DNA from: Octopus vulgaris
Lineage: Eukaryota
Assembly: GCA_951406725.2 (NCBI GenBank)
Contig: OX597815.1
Coordinates: 45,322,001 to 45,386,000 of the forward strand
Direction: 5' to 3'
DNA length: 64,000 nt
Of the stretch, positions 38,051 through 52,210 are shown piece after piece. Numbering within the stretch: position 1 is the stretch's first letter; every line of letters starts with the position of its first letter. The translations under genes and the position numbers were made by a program. The notes under the pieces were generated by a model. The model was not told the DNA's origin, searched no databases, and saw only the letters and a list, made by a program, of their open reading frames with translations.

Positions 38051-39195
38051 GCACGCACTTTCTCGCAGTTTCTCTTTCTCCTTTCTTTTTGATTCTCTTT
38101 CAGTCGTTTGTAGTTTGTTACAAATGCGAGTACATAATTATCCAATGATTTCTTTTGTGCTAAATGCATTGAACTCCATGTTTTATATCTCGCTCTTTAC
38201 GAGAAAAGCACGAAACTAGATCAGTACAATTTTACTTGAACAAGAGACAAAGCCTCGTTATATTAGGCTACTTGGCCTTTAATTATAAAGTTCTTTGTTT
38301 GAATTCTATTGAAATTTACTAAGGTTTTGGCTGTTTAAAATGAAGACATTTGTGATTCGGTACATCGTAACATTTATATTTGGTTTTCTTCGTCTTTTTT
38401 TTCCTTTTTCATTTTGTTTACTATTGTTACAGTAGTAACAAAAGACAATAGTCACCTGATACTACATAACTACTTATATTTAATAGTTCGAGAACTATCT
38501 TAAGAATACTGGATTTCGGATTATACAATTTATACAAAAACTCAGGATCTGTGAATGCTACTGAAAATATACAATCTGTTGTGATTAACAAAACAAAATT
38601 ACTGTATATGCCAGAGTACAAGACGCGCTCTGTTTAGTGGTTTCATCACACACTCATTACACTGTTTTAAAAGGGTTTTGTTGGAGCGGAATGTATGATT
38701 CTATGCATGTAAAGAAAGTATTGTGGAAATATACTGGAATAAAATATGAAATCATAAATTGATCATAAATAACATTATGATAGTAGTATATTGCAATGTT
38801 AGCTTTCAGTTTACCTGTGCTCGCTCGCTTCTTGCTTGCTTCATGCTGTTGCTTTGATGGGGCTGGGGGTAATCCCAGGCTAGTGACTCAAGAGACTTTG
38901 TCGTGCGTAAAGCCGACTAGGTCCACAAGTACTCTCCATCGTTTGCGATCTGATGCCACCCCCTTCTGCATCCTACTTATTTTAATGACCCTGAAAGGAT
39001 GAAAGGCAAAGTCGGCCTCAGTGGAATTTGAACTCAGAGCGTAAGGACGGTCGAAATTCTGCAAACCATTTTGCCTGGCGTGATAAATGTTCTGCCAGCT
39101 CGCCGACTTACTGGTTTCAAATTTTGGCACAAGGCTAACAATTTCGGGAGTGAGGTTAGTTGATTACATCGACTCTAGTGTTTAAGTAGCACTTA

Positions 39196-40726
39196 CGAGA
39201 GGTGTTCATTAAATATTTCCCCTCGCTCACTACCGGTACTGCAGGAAACGGAACTTGTTAAAGTATAATTGTACATGTCTCTACATGCTACATTGTAAAT
39301 TGCAGCTTTCCACGAGTATTCGTTTGTCTTTTACCGCTTCTGAAGTGGATTAAGGTGTTATAATAGAGGCAGTTGAATACAAATCAATGATCAGCTTCTT
39401 ATTTCTTTACTGCCCACAAGGGGCTACACAGAGGGGACAAACAAGGACAGACAAACTGATTAAGTCGATTACATCGACCCCAGTGCGTAACTGGTACTTA
39501 TTTAATCGACCCCGAAAAGATGAAAGGCAAAGTCGACTTCGGCGGAATTTGAACTCAGAACGTAACGGCAGACGAAATACCGCTAAGCATTTCGCCCGGC
39601 GTGCTAACGTTTCTGCCAGCTCTCCGCCTTATCAATGATCAGCTTTTTATGCTTCAAAGGTCGTACACCAGGAGAAACTTTTGATGAGACGAAAGAAGTT
39701 TATACTGACGATGCACCATCATACAACGTAGTCAAGCACTAGAGTCGCCAGTTCAAATATGGTCAGACATCGGTGGAAATTGCTCCTATTCCTGACGACC
39801 ACATTTCGCCATTGATGACGACACCATTCATAAAGTGGAAGCCGCCATTTTGGAAGATCACCGCATAACTATTCAGCAATTAGTCCAAGAAGTGAAGATA
39901 AGTGTAGGGTCTGTGGAAAACATCATTCACGACCATTTACACATGCGGAAGTTGTCTGCATGATGGATTCCCCAGATGCTCACACCTTTTCAGAAGCAGG
40001 AAAGAGTCAATTGATCCCAGGCTCTTTTGGCAATGTGCCAAGAAAACGAGGAGGATTTTTTCGGCAGACTTATCACACAGGTTGAAACATGGGTCTTTCA
40101 CTATGACCTTGAGTCCAGTTGAAGCAAAGGAAACATGATAACTCACTACCTCCAAAGAAGGCTCGTGTCCACCCTCAGCAGGCAAGGTAATGCTCACAGT
40201 CTTTTGGAACCAGTGCGGAGTAGTGATGATGGGTTTTCTGGCAAAATCTACCAGAATTAACGAGGCATATGATGCTTCTCTTCTGCAAAGATTGCGGGAC
40301 GCCTTGAAAGCAGAGAGGTGTGGTATGCTAACCAGCAGAGAGATGTGGTATGCCTCCTCCAAGACAACGCCCTAGTTCACAATGTACATGTTGCCCAGAT
40401 GAAAGCACACTCCTACGGTTATGAAATCTTTCCCCATCCCCCTTACTCTCCTGACCTCGCATCATCTGACTGTCACCTCTTTCCAACCATGAAGTCTTTT
40501 TTGAAGGGGAAGCACTTTTCGGATGATGATGAACTTAATTCCGAGGTAAAGTCTTGGCTCCAGATGCAACCTACCAACTTCAACAGACGAAGTCTACACA
40601 GCTGCATAGAGCGATGGGAGAAGTGTGTCACCATTGGTGGCGACTACGTAGAGAAGAACTGTCAAGTTCGGTTTATCCCAGTCCTTGGGAAGTGGGTCAG
40701 GGGAAATCTTTAATGAACACCTTTCG
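39196..40726 (+). mobile_element. Full-length decayed mariner (DD34D) element with a nested SINE
   Basis: TIRs are CGAGAGGTGTTCATTAAATATTTCCCCT and AGGGGAAATCTTTAATGAACACCTTTCG, with a TA TSD. The protein reads QDNA...HPPYSPDLASSD with 34 residues between the aspartates. It has several stops and frameshifts. Confidence 0.9.
39398..39630 (-). mobile_element. SINE (family B) inserted in the mariner ORF
   Basis: 15-bp TSD ATCAATGATCAGCTT at 39383-39397 and 39631-39645. Confidence 0.9.
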
Positions 40727-41096
40727 TATTTTATTGACCCTGAAAGGATGAGAGGCTTGTAAAGACAGACGAAATGCTGCATCATTTTGCCCGGCATGCT
40801 GACGATTCTGCCAGCACACCGCACTAATACTCATCCGGCTGTCTAGTGTACAACACGTGATTGACCATCTGAAATATGGCTGCATTAGGCACAGGGGATT
40901 TTTTGATAGATTTATGAATGTGCCAGCAAATTCGATATTTAATCAAATGCGTATAGAGAACCCTAGAAAAGAACTTTCAGTTGTGCAGCATAAAAAGCAG
41001 GTTTGTATTATTATTAGTATGAACGAAAACAAAATTTAAATCATTAAAATTTTTCACAATAATATATAAAATATAGAAAATATAGAATATATTAAG

Positions 41097-41149
<53 letters not shown>

Positions 41150-41334
41150 GTATTTATTTGTATCTAGTTTCAGCTCACAAGCTGTGACCATGCTGGGGTA
41201 CCGCCGTTTGGTGTTGCTACATGATTTTACTTCACGAATGCTTTTTAGCAATTGCCATTTGGTGCATGAGAGAGTTCGATGCACCTGCCCTCATCTGCAC
41301 CTCCTGTCGTGAAGTTGGTTCATCTGGGACACCT

Positions 41335-41385
<51 letters not shown>

Positions 41386-41404
41386 CTGACATATATATAT
41401 TATA

Positions 41405-41567
41405 GACGCAGGAGTGGCTGTTTGGTATGATGCTTGCTTCCCAACCAAATGGTTCCGGGTTCAGTGGCACCTTGGGCAAGTGTCCTCTACTATAGCCTCG
41501 GGTCGGCTAAAGCCCTGTGAGTGGATTTGGTTGGTGGAAAGTGAAAGAAGCCCTATATATCTATCTA

Positions 41568-41650
<83 letters not shown>

Positions 41651-41763
41651 GTGTGTGTGCGTGTGTGTTTGACAACCGATGTTGGTGTGTTTATGACCCC
41701 GTAATTAGCGGTTCGGCAAAAGAGTCCGATAGAATAAGTACCAGGCTTACAAAGAATAAGTCC
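41405..41763 (+). mobile_element. tRNA-derived SINE (family A)
   Basis: Same head, body and tail as 33803-34225. Confidence 0.75.
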
Positions 41764-41766
41764 ACA

Positions 41767-41846
41767 GGCATATGGCGTTGTGGTTAAGAGTGCGGGCTAC
41801 TAACCCCAAGATTCCGTGTTCAATTCCAGACAGTGACCTGAATTAC

Positions 41847-41876
<30 letters not shown>
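41767..41876 (+). mobile_element. tRNA-derived SINE head plus (AAT)n
   Basis: TGGCGTTGTGGTTAAGAGTGCGGGCTACTAACCCC...GTTCAATTCC is homologous to the minus-strand head at 6700-6764. Confidence 0.7.
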
Positions 41877-41877
<1 letters not shown>

Positions 41878-42183
41878 TCAAAATTAAAAGAAAAGTCCCA
41901 TTTTTATCTAGTGAACGATATTTTGACATCTCGTGTGTCTTCAACTGGTTCAAAAAATAAATTTGTCAATCTACTTCATTTTGATTAATATATAAAGGAT
42001 TGAGGTAACTCCTCCTGAAGATATAGAGTCAAAATTAAAAGAAGAGTGCTATTGTTATCTAGTGAACGATATTTCGACAGCTCGTGTGTCTTCATTCTAG
42101 ATAACAATGGCACTCTTCTTTTAATTTTGACTCTCTATCTTCAGGAGGAGTTACCTCAATCCTTTATATATTATGTATGTATG

Positions 42184-42217
<34 letters not shown>

Positions 42218-45200
42218 TGTATGTATGTATGTATGTATGTATGTGTGTGTATCTATATATATATATAAAGATGAGAATGTGTGTCTGTCTGCCTGTGTGT
42301 CTGTGTTTCTGTCTGTGTGAATCCTTAAAACTTGAGAACTACACAACCAATTTCATTCAAATGTTACACATGCCTTACTTAGGGTCCATGTAGTGTTATA
42401 GGCCAGAATATTTTTTAACGTCTTGCCTAGTGCGAGCCCACAGCAATATCATATTTTCTCCACTATTTCAGTATTACGTGTCAAAAGTGAAACAATAACA
42501 TCTCTATTGTAATGTCAGATACTTTCACTTTAATACTTTCACTTTACTACTGAAATTATAAGAGGGATGTCCACTTACAGGTTATCCCTCTTATAAGTAT
42601 GTAATACAATTTTTTTCTGAAACTTCAGACTTTTCAATATGCTACACCACCGGTTTTAAATTGATATTAATCAAATTAATATTCAATTTTTCACCCTTGC
42701 TATTTTAAATTTAAATATATATATATATATAATTCCCCATCTCTTAAATATAGAACTAAACGTATAATGAATTGAAAACTACAACTTCTCATCTCATCCA
42801 TCTAATTTTCAACTTTCTATTCTTCATCTTAAATTAGCACCAATCCATTAATTCATTGATTACTGTTATTGAGTAAATTACGAAAGTTGATTACTTGAGA
42901 TAATCTAACCTAATTATGAATCATTAATTCTTCAATAACATCATATATGCTGTTTCATCTAACAGTTTGTATATTACAGTTCAATTTAATTATGTGCCTT
43001 TCAGAAACGCTTCGGCTACATATTAGAAGTTTGTGTTGAAATTCCGTTTTTGACATGTCATATTCTCCTTTTCCTCCCAACAGTTTGGCTTTTATAATCT
43101 CCTAGATATTTATAAGAGTCGCTTGTTTGTTCTGACCTTATCAGCAATCACTTTTCAGTCACTTTAGAGTTCTTTTGTTAAACAAAGGTTCGTCTATTTT
43201 AATTTATTTTCTGTTTATTCCTTTACAGTTGTTTTGTGTCTGATGAGTTGCATAATATCCAAGCTATAAGTTCAACGAATATTTATAATTAGCAAAATAT
43301 AGATTTAAATTTCATCTGACTTTACTACACGTTTCTCAATGTTTTCCAGTTATAGAATACTGATTTGTGGCAATCATCATCTCCTTAACAAATTTAACAT
43401 TTATATTTCTTCTTTCATACATTATGACTAGTTAGTCTTGCTTCTTTGTGGAACCAGAAGGTTAACACTTTGGTTATCCCAAAGAAAGCAGAGACACTGG
43501 AAAACTGAAGAATGTCAGGTTAGCATGCAGTGCTAAGCTACTAGTAGTCAAAGAATAGATGCAGCAAAGTATAATAGAATTTAAACAAAAATTATGCCAG
43601 AATTTTCTTTTTAGTTTTTACTATGATTTCGGTGTTTTACAATTCTTCCCTACTTCCTTTTTATTTAATATTTGGGTAAATTCACGTGCTAACGATGAGC
43701 CTTGTTGGCAAGCGTCAAGATTTTCGTATTCCCACGGCGTACGAATTTAGTCAGATTAAGAACTTCCCTAAATTTTCACCAACGTTGTGGCCACCATTAA
43801 GTTTTCGAATCCTGGTTTTCATTTAGTCTTTTTATTTAGTATTTTTTATTTACTCTTTCGATAGCCTTTCTTTACTTTTTACGTTTTAACAAAATTTTGC
43901 TTAGCTCATTATTAATGTCAACTATTAAGGTGGCTAGCAGGCAAAATTATTAACACATCTGACAAAATGCCTTTTACGTTCAGAGTTCAAATTCCGCCGA
44001 CTTTGCCTTTCATACTTTCAGGGTCGATAAAATAAGTACCAGCTCAGCACTGGGGCCGATGTAATCGACTAACCCCGTCTCCTGAAATAGCTGGCCTTTT
44101 GCCAAAATTTGAAACTATTATTATTGTGAGCTATTTTATTTCCTGATAAATAATTCATAACTAGTCTTTTCTCTTTTATTTTAAATCTATGCTTCAGAAA
44201 AGACAAACAAATAATCTAGAGAGAAGGTAATTTTACATGTTGTCTAAACAGTAAGTTTTAGATTGATTACAAACAAAAGATGGCTGAATCAGTAATATTT
44301 TTTACTATGTTTATTTCAAAGTGACAAAATTTATCTTGTTATAAACGTTGTAATTCAAGAATATCATGATGGAAAGTTGCCTATATCTTTCACGTATTTG
44401 TGATTCGTACCAAATGATAAAAATCAATATTATAATTGCGAAATTGTAGCTGTAGACTCCGAGAAAAACCGCTATTATCTGCGTAAGCAAACATCACTAA
44501 ACATTTCTTGTCTCTTCCATGAAGGTTTCTGACCGAAATATTAGCTTCTCTTCTTCCCAGCAAACATTATTTATTATAGTTTGCAAATATGTATTATTGT
44601 AAAAACTAATTCCCTTTGGAAAGTTACAAATTAAATATTACATATTCGTGTCCTTCATCTGAAAATATGCGACAATTGTGCACAGTAAAGCAATATCGAT
44701 TTCCTTTCATTGTTGTCCTTGAAGTGGTAACAAACTTGGTATCTCTGTACGTATATGCATTTTGTAGTCTCTCTTCCTGACGGGTCAGATTATGGGTAAC
44801 ACCTAGGAGATTGACAAAATAAAATGCCAGTACTTTAATGAAGTCGATACAATGAATCCTAATTTTAAAACGATGACTTTGTCACTCGATACTAATCCAC
44901 AATTATGACATTGACTTGAGAACATGTGATGGAGGTCAAAAGTATGAAACAAATAATTGGGATTTGTTAAGTTTCATCAAAATGACCGGAAATATGAGGA
45001 AATGAGAAAATTGATTTATATTAATTTATAAATGTTTTCGTTAACATACGGTATCATTTATTATATAGCTCGTACAATGTTATACAATTCATACAATGTT
45101 ATGGTAGTGCATGCCATAATATATGGAATTATGTAATGATAATTCTATTGTCCATTCGCTTCCTCAGATGTCATGATTTGAAGGCACCGTAGACGAAAAT

Positions 45201-45349
45201 TTTCATTTGGTCGATCTCGAGGCAGAACAAGATTTCGTTAATGTTTGTTTTCTTTTATGCTTAAATATCATTGATTCAGTCTTTAATCCCATACGGCAGT
45301 TATAATCCGACAGCGAACAATTAACTCGTCCGTTTAAATAAATGTACTT

Positions 45350-45407
<58 letters not shown>

Positions 45408-46229
45408 GAGAGACTTGGAAACAGCCTGCTTATGCGAGTGCAGTTAATCGAAAAATTTGCATACCGGGCGCCATTATGCTTCAGGTGTCCTCAGAAGAGA
45501 ATGTGCGCCGTTTCGGGGCCTTTCCTCTCAACAACTCTATACCGCCCCGCCTCACTCTCACTGAAGCAAGGCTTCGCCTACTGGACCGACAGACTGGTAT
45601 TCGATCTTAAGCCCATTTCGGGGTCATCACCATCATTCCAACTGTGGAGTCATGCATGTCTGACTTGCCATTTTAGGTGAACAGGTACCTGTCTCTTACT
45701 TACACATGACCTCTCCAACTAGGTTTCATCGTTCTTTTTCAACCATATTTAATGGTTGGCTTTCTCTGAACTGTTGGGTGAATTTCTTTCGAAATGGTGT
45801 TTATAACTTACTGCCACACAGAACGATAAAAAATACTATCAGCAGATCTTTCATCTATTCCTCTGCAGTTCCTCATTTAGTTGTGATCTCTCAATGGTTG
45901 CCCAACATGCAAGAAAAAGCAGCTAAATCTTTCTGAAATCATACCCTCCACTGTCTTACTATCACACTGAATGATAAACCATACTATCCTTTCGTCTATA
46001 GTTCTGAAACCACGTTTTACTGTGTTATCTTGTTATCTTACTAAAGCAATTCGTTCAAATGTGCATATACAATGCATCATATCAACTGGATCAGTGGATG
46101 ACGATACTAAACAAACAAGAGAGTGACATCATAGGATTACTACTAAAACTGCGATGTTAAAAGATAACAACATCACAACTTCAGTTCACAATAATAATAA
46201 CAGCGAATACATGGGTACTGCTAATACTC

Positions 46230-46545
46230 AAGATGTTTCAGGTTATTCCTGAATATAAACATATTTGCAGAATTGATAGACGAAGACACAAAAGTTGCAA
46301 TAATTAATCCAGTTGAGAACTTAGAAATAACTCAGCCACAACGACTTATTATGGTGTATAAAAGGGATCTTTCAAGAGAAGTCTTCACATCAAACTGTGA
46401 GTTCTCTGCATCAAAGTTATGATCCGTTGCAGTTTTTGTAGTATTTCTATTTTGTGGCAGAGGATAGAGAGTCGATTTAACATATGAGAACGACAGAAGA
46501 GTTCATACGATATCACAAATGAACTGCTACAAATATACGCCCATT
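46230..46545 (+). pseudogene. Highly decayed Helitron Rep-helicase fragment
   Basis: CTGCATCAAAGTTATGATCCGTTGCAG translates to LHQSYDPLQ, matching the Helitron LHxSYDPLQYPLLF motif. KVAII upstream and ISQMNCYKY downstream are in the expected order. Confidence 0.55.
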
Positions 46546-46684
46546 GCTCATAAAGATTTCCGTGTTCATTACTAACTAGAGAATATTTAGCTCAAGAAAA
46601 AATGTAATATGCATTCCAAAATTGAAGAAACGGTTACAAGCAGTGGATCAGATGCAATCAAAAAATAAATGTGTATAAGTGTGT

Positions 46685-46729
<45 letters not shown>

Positions 46730-46760
46730 TGTGTACGTGCGTGTGTGAGCGTGTAGTATA

Positions 46761-47065
46761 AACGTCGCCCTTTTCAAGCCTAGCCAGGCTCATGGGCCCA
46801 GTTTCCTGGTTTCTGTGGCGTATGTGTTCCCCCCCCCCCCCCAGCTAGACGGGACGCCAGTCAGTCCATCGCAGCGTTACTCAAGAAACAGGAAGAGAGA
46901 GTGAGAGAAAGTTGTTGCGAAAGAGTACAACAGGGGTCGCCACCATCCCCTGCCGGAGTCTCGTGGAGCTTTTAGGTGTTTTCGCTCAATAAGCACACAC
47001 AACGCCCGGTCTGGGAATCGAAACCGCGATCCTCTGCCCTAACCACTGGGCCATTGCGCCTCCAC
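46761..47065 (-). mobile_element. tRNA-derived SINE (family C)
   Basis: The minus-strand head reads GGAGGCGCAATGGCCCAGTGGTTAGGGCAG...GGTTTCGATTCCCAGACC. Confidence 0.75.
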
Positions 47066-48102
47066 TATGTGTGTAGTATATGCACTTAATAAATATTTTT
47101 TCCAAATGATGGCGTGTATCAGAAAACAAAAGATAAACTGAAAGTAAACTATAGCTTGTGCGTTTGTCGGCGGCGTGGATAAATTGATAAATATTTACAT
47201 CTATTATGTTACAAATCGGTGAAACTCCGATTAACAACATCCCCCTCCAAGGGACTATATTTGTGTATGTGAATGTATTAGTGTATGTGTGTATGTTTGT
47301 ATGTATTTTTCGATATATGTATAAATATACATACATATATATACATGTGCGTGTGTGTGTGTGATTGTGCGTGTTTTAGTATGCATGTGCATGTATAGAT
47401 ACATTTGTAGAGTAAGTGGGGTAAAGAAAGATGAGGGGTGAATGTGTATGGGTAACGACAATTGTGAGGGAGGACTCATAAAGAGAGAGAAAAAGAAAGA
47501 CAGACTTAGACTTAGCGACGTTATGACAGGCAATAAGATTTATTTCTAGTATTTCCAGAGATTACATTAACTTTAGGCGCTTTTTACGGTTGCTATGTTG
47601 ATATATTCGTACGTGTACAAGTACGTGTGAAATATGCGTTCAGTCCTCCCGCCGGTGTATGTAACGCACACGCGTGAGCTGTCTGTTAAATAGTGCGTGT
47701 GTATCACCTTGTATGTATTCTAATTTGTGAGATTAAATGTTTTGGGTACTAACATCCACAGGTACCATAAACATAGATGAGTCGTGAAACAAGTAAAGGA
47801 TAAAAGATATAGTAAAATATAAATTAGTATTCTATGTGGTTCTTTGTATCACATTAAGCTGCATCTGGAAGAAGGGACCTGGTTCGGGAGTTCCAAGGTT
47901 TTGAAGAGGATGAAACAATCTCTTACTCACTATTGTTCCCAGATCTATTCTGATTTTGAGTAGAAATACCTATCATGGTCCCAGCTATGTATTAATTAGC
48001 ATGTTAAGGGTGTCATATGAAAGGAAAAGGTTAAAGGAGTCAAAGTCGACTATTCTTTTTCATTCCAGGTGCCATTATATTAAGCATTTGCTAAAAGTAA
48101 CC

Positions 48103-48483
48103 ATGCCACGCACAAAAAATTCAACAGAACTGTCAGATTTTCAAAGAGGTCGTATTGTTGGGCAATCTTAGGTTGATCTTAGCCAGCGAAAAATTGCCGA
48201 AAATCTTCAAATTCCTCTTTCTACTGTTAATAGAATTATAGTGCAATTCAAAAGCCAAAGAAAAGAATCAACAGATTCTCGTCCCGGCCAACCTGGACAC
48301 TCGGAAAGGAAGCTTCGCTGTTTGAAGAGAATTGTGGAAAACGAACCCCGTTCGAAGGCTTCTGACATTGCAAAACAGCTAGAAGTTAGTCCAAGAACAT
48401 GTGTTACATATTTTCATAAGCTTGGGTATTATGGACGAGCAGCTAGAAGAAAACCTCTCCTTCAACCAATTAATATCAAATAA
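48103..48483 (+). pseudogene. Tc1-like transposase N-terminal (paired-like HTH) fragment
   Basis: Reads MPRTKNSTELSDFQRGRIVG*...SQRKIAENLQIPLSTVNRII...SRPGQP...GYYGRAARRKPLL. Confidence 0.8.
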
Positions 48484-49101
48484 AAGATTTTGAAAATTAA
48501 AGGTGCCTATTTACTTCTTGCATGTCTGTGTATATATACATATATACGGAAAAGTGTTGAAGTCTCCACGACTGTTATGTAATTATTAAAGCATTTTGCT
48601 GAAACGCGTGTATGTTCTATAAAGCATTGAATACAATACCTGTTTTCTCGTTTCACCGAAATAAACCTTTCATACTTACGGTGTCGTGTTGATAAATAAG
48701 GAACCAGTGCAGGGTAGTGAATAAGCAAAATGTTAAAGTGCATGAAGCGATGCTTCGTGTCATCTCTTTTGGTTCTGCTCGTCCTAAGTTCAAACTTCAC
48801 CTCCTGCCATTAGGAAAAAAAATGTGTCTTTTAAAACCTGCTAAAAATAGTTACTGGTTTCGGAAGTCCTGATGCAAATATTCAAAAATATATATAAGTT
48901 AATAATTCCCCCATGCTGGCAGAGAACGCAAGGAGCTTTCAAGTGCTATGTACCCAACGAACGAATAATATGTACGCATGCATACGAGCATATTCTTTTA
49001 TTCGTTTCCGCTATGCAGCCGCAGTCACGCTGAAGCATCACCGTGGAAACATATTCACAAACACGCACACACACACATACATACGCATGTGTGTATGTAT
49101 G

Positions 49102-49135
<34 letters not shown>

Positions 49136-49176
49136 TGTATTTTTCACATATATAATTTATTTATTTTCTCTTATTC

Positions 49177-49212
49177 CTTTCTGATGAAGAGCGTAGGATC
49201 GAAGCGTAAACG
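49177..49212 (+). ncRNA. Degenerate minimal hammerhead-like motif (PLE pLTR remnant)
   Basis: Reads cttt-CTGATGA-a-gagc gtag gatc-GAAG-cg-TA-aacg. It has mismatches in stem II and in the GAAA core. Confidence 0.4.
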
Positions 49213-49294
49213 ACTAATGTACTTGTTGTTCATACACCTGTCTTCGTCTTTTGTTTTTCTATAAATTCTATAAATTCCATAAATTCCGACTATA

Positions 49295-49338
<44 letters not shown>

Positions 49339-50430
49339 TGTGTGTGTGTGCACACTTTATGATGCGTTATATATGCATACGTGTATGCATACATATACCG
49401 TCATTGAGATAAGTGCTTAATACATATAAGTGAAAGTTTATTTATGCTTCTAAATTTAATAATGGCATCCGTTCTTTTGTACAAATGTATATAACCCATA
49501 TGCACTTAAATTTGCATATTTTTGTAAAGCTGTGTACTAAAGGAGTTCTTGGTACAACAACGTTGTTCCATGAACGACCCTATTACGGGCACATTGTGTT
49601 TAGGAGGGGGCGGTTATTTTTTGCCCTTTTTTGTTTTTTGTTATTACTGTTTTTTTTCTGTAGCCTCGTTTTCGCCAATATCTTGTGGGAACGATTTGAC
49701 AGACGGAAATTGTGCAGAAACTCAAGATATATCCCGCTATCCATCTTCTCTGCCCACTATTTCTATGAAGGTTGCGGGTGTAAAGTCCTTAGGGTCTTTC
49801 TCTTCCATCAGAAGCAAATGTCATTTGACTTCCGGGCTAGATTCCCAAAGCGTGACCAACTAAGGCTATGAATATTATCCAACCATCTCCTTCTTAGGAG
49901 ATGGTCTACTACCAGGTCTGCTGCCGGTTGATTCAGTTTGAAGAATCTGGCTTGCGATTCTTTCCTGCGATATTCAAGTCAAATGTTCATAGTACTGGAG
50001 CGCTAACCGTTAAATGCAGAGAAATAGCTGCTCAGCTTGTGGAGTCTCTGTTCTCCGAGCTACACACCCTGTCAGGTGTATATGTGTTCGTGCCTCTATT
50101 TATGTTTATGACGATATAAAATGTGCTCATCGGTTACTAATTTTATCGACACCGAAAGTATGAAAGACAACGTTGGACTCAGAGGAATTTAAACTGTGTT
50201 GTGTTTATGTTGTAGCCATTTGTAACCCACTTTGACAAATATTGGTCAATAGCATCATTAATAAAATATTGAAATAGGGAGTCGATGAGATCGACTAAAA
50301 CTGTTATTGTAGTGTTACAGCATGATCGCAGTAGAATCACTGGAAACGGCATAAGAATAAACTAAGAAAGTGTCGGCAAAAGTTTGATCGATTGACAGAT
50401 TGACAGATAGAAAGATAAATAGATAGATAG

Positions 50431-50497
<67 letters not shown>

Positions 50498-51258
50498 GAG
50501 ATAAAGAGAGAGAGAGAGAGGGGGAGACAAGCAGACACACAGACACACAGACAGGCAGATGAACAGTCAGACAAACAGACAGACAAATACACAGATAAGG
50601 GGGATGGAAAAAATTATAGCTCTATAAATGTAATTATAGTGTATCAGGGAAAGAGCGTGTATATGTGCGTGTGTGTGTGAGTGCGTGTACATACAGATTT
50701 GCGCATCTCAGTGCGTAAACATACATGTTGAAACAATGAAAGTTTTTGCCCAAGAAAACACGAAGAAAATAAAATGAACTGCAACCAACGAAAACAAGAC
50801 AAAACCAAATAACGGTTACCAAATAAAGGGAAATGAAAACAATAAAATCAATCTCTAGGGAATTCTCATTTGTTTCTGATGAATAATATTCATTAGACCA
50901 CTTGGCCACGATTGTACGTTATCGTATTGTTTACCGGCAGATGTGCCTAATCTGTCCTCTAGTGTGTTGCTAGTTTGCTTAGTTCGTGCTTTCTGTTGCC
51001 CCCTTCAATCCATTCATACCCCCTCCAACATGTTGAATAACCAATTCTTCGGGTTATATAGTTTAAAGTTGACAGCAACTGTAATAAGCCAAAGTCAACA
51101 AGCTGTCTCTTTAGGATTCTAATCCTCGCGCAACGAATAGTGGTGGTGGTGGGGGGGATGAGGATATGGTCCGGAAGTAAAATAATCTCTCAAAGTAATA
51201 AATGTAAGAAATGAAGGCCTACGCGCACGCACACGTACACACACATATGCACGCGCAC

Positions 51259-51321
<63 letters not shown>

Positions 51322-51366
51322 CATACATATATTTATATATGTGGGTTTATATGTATTTCTTTCAGT

Positions 51367-51462
<96 letters not shown>

Positions 51463-51799
51463 AAGGACAATTTGTTACGTTTAGAGTAAAGCACAACGGG
51501 TTAAAGGTTTAAGACATATATATAATTGAGGATTAAATATAGCGTCCTCGATAAATCCTTTTAATTTATATTCCTTAAACCCTTATTTAAACTAACATTG
51601 AATCTCCTGGAATATTTTCAGAATTAATTTCTTCGCCCTTCCCTTATTTCCTTCCTCCTCTTTCAATCAATTCCAGTTACCTTTTTTTCAGCGTCCTTTC
51701 TATATTTTCCTTCCTTGTTCATTTCCCATTTTACATCCTTTTTACTGAAACAAGTAATATTTGTAAATTTCCCATTTACAAATATTACTTAGTATTTGA

Positions 51800-52210
51800 A
51801 GGCAGCGAGCAGGCAGATCTTTAGTACTCCGGGTGAAATACTTAGCGGTTGTTCGTCTGCAGTTACTGTTCTGAGTTCAAATTCCGCCGAGGTCGACTTT
51901 GCTTTTCATCCTTTCGGGGTCGATTAAATAAGTACCAGTTACGCACTGGGGTCGATATAATCGACTTAATCCGTGTGTCTGTCCTTATTTGTCCTCTCTG
52001 TGTTTAGCCCCTTGTGGGTAGTAAAGAAATAGGTATTTCGTCTGCAGTTACGTTCTGAGTTCAAATTCCGCCGAGGTCGACTTTGCTTTTCATCCTTTCG
52101 GGGGTCGATTAAATAAGTACCAGTTACGCACTGGGGTCGATATAATCGACTTAATCCGTTTGTTGGTCCTTGTTTGTCCTCTCTGTGTTTAGCCCCTTGT
52201 GGGCGATAAA
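51800..52210 (+). mobile_element. Tandem dimer of SINE family B
   Basis: ~51850-52031 is repeated at ~52032-52210. Confidence 0.85.
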
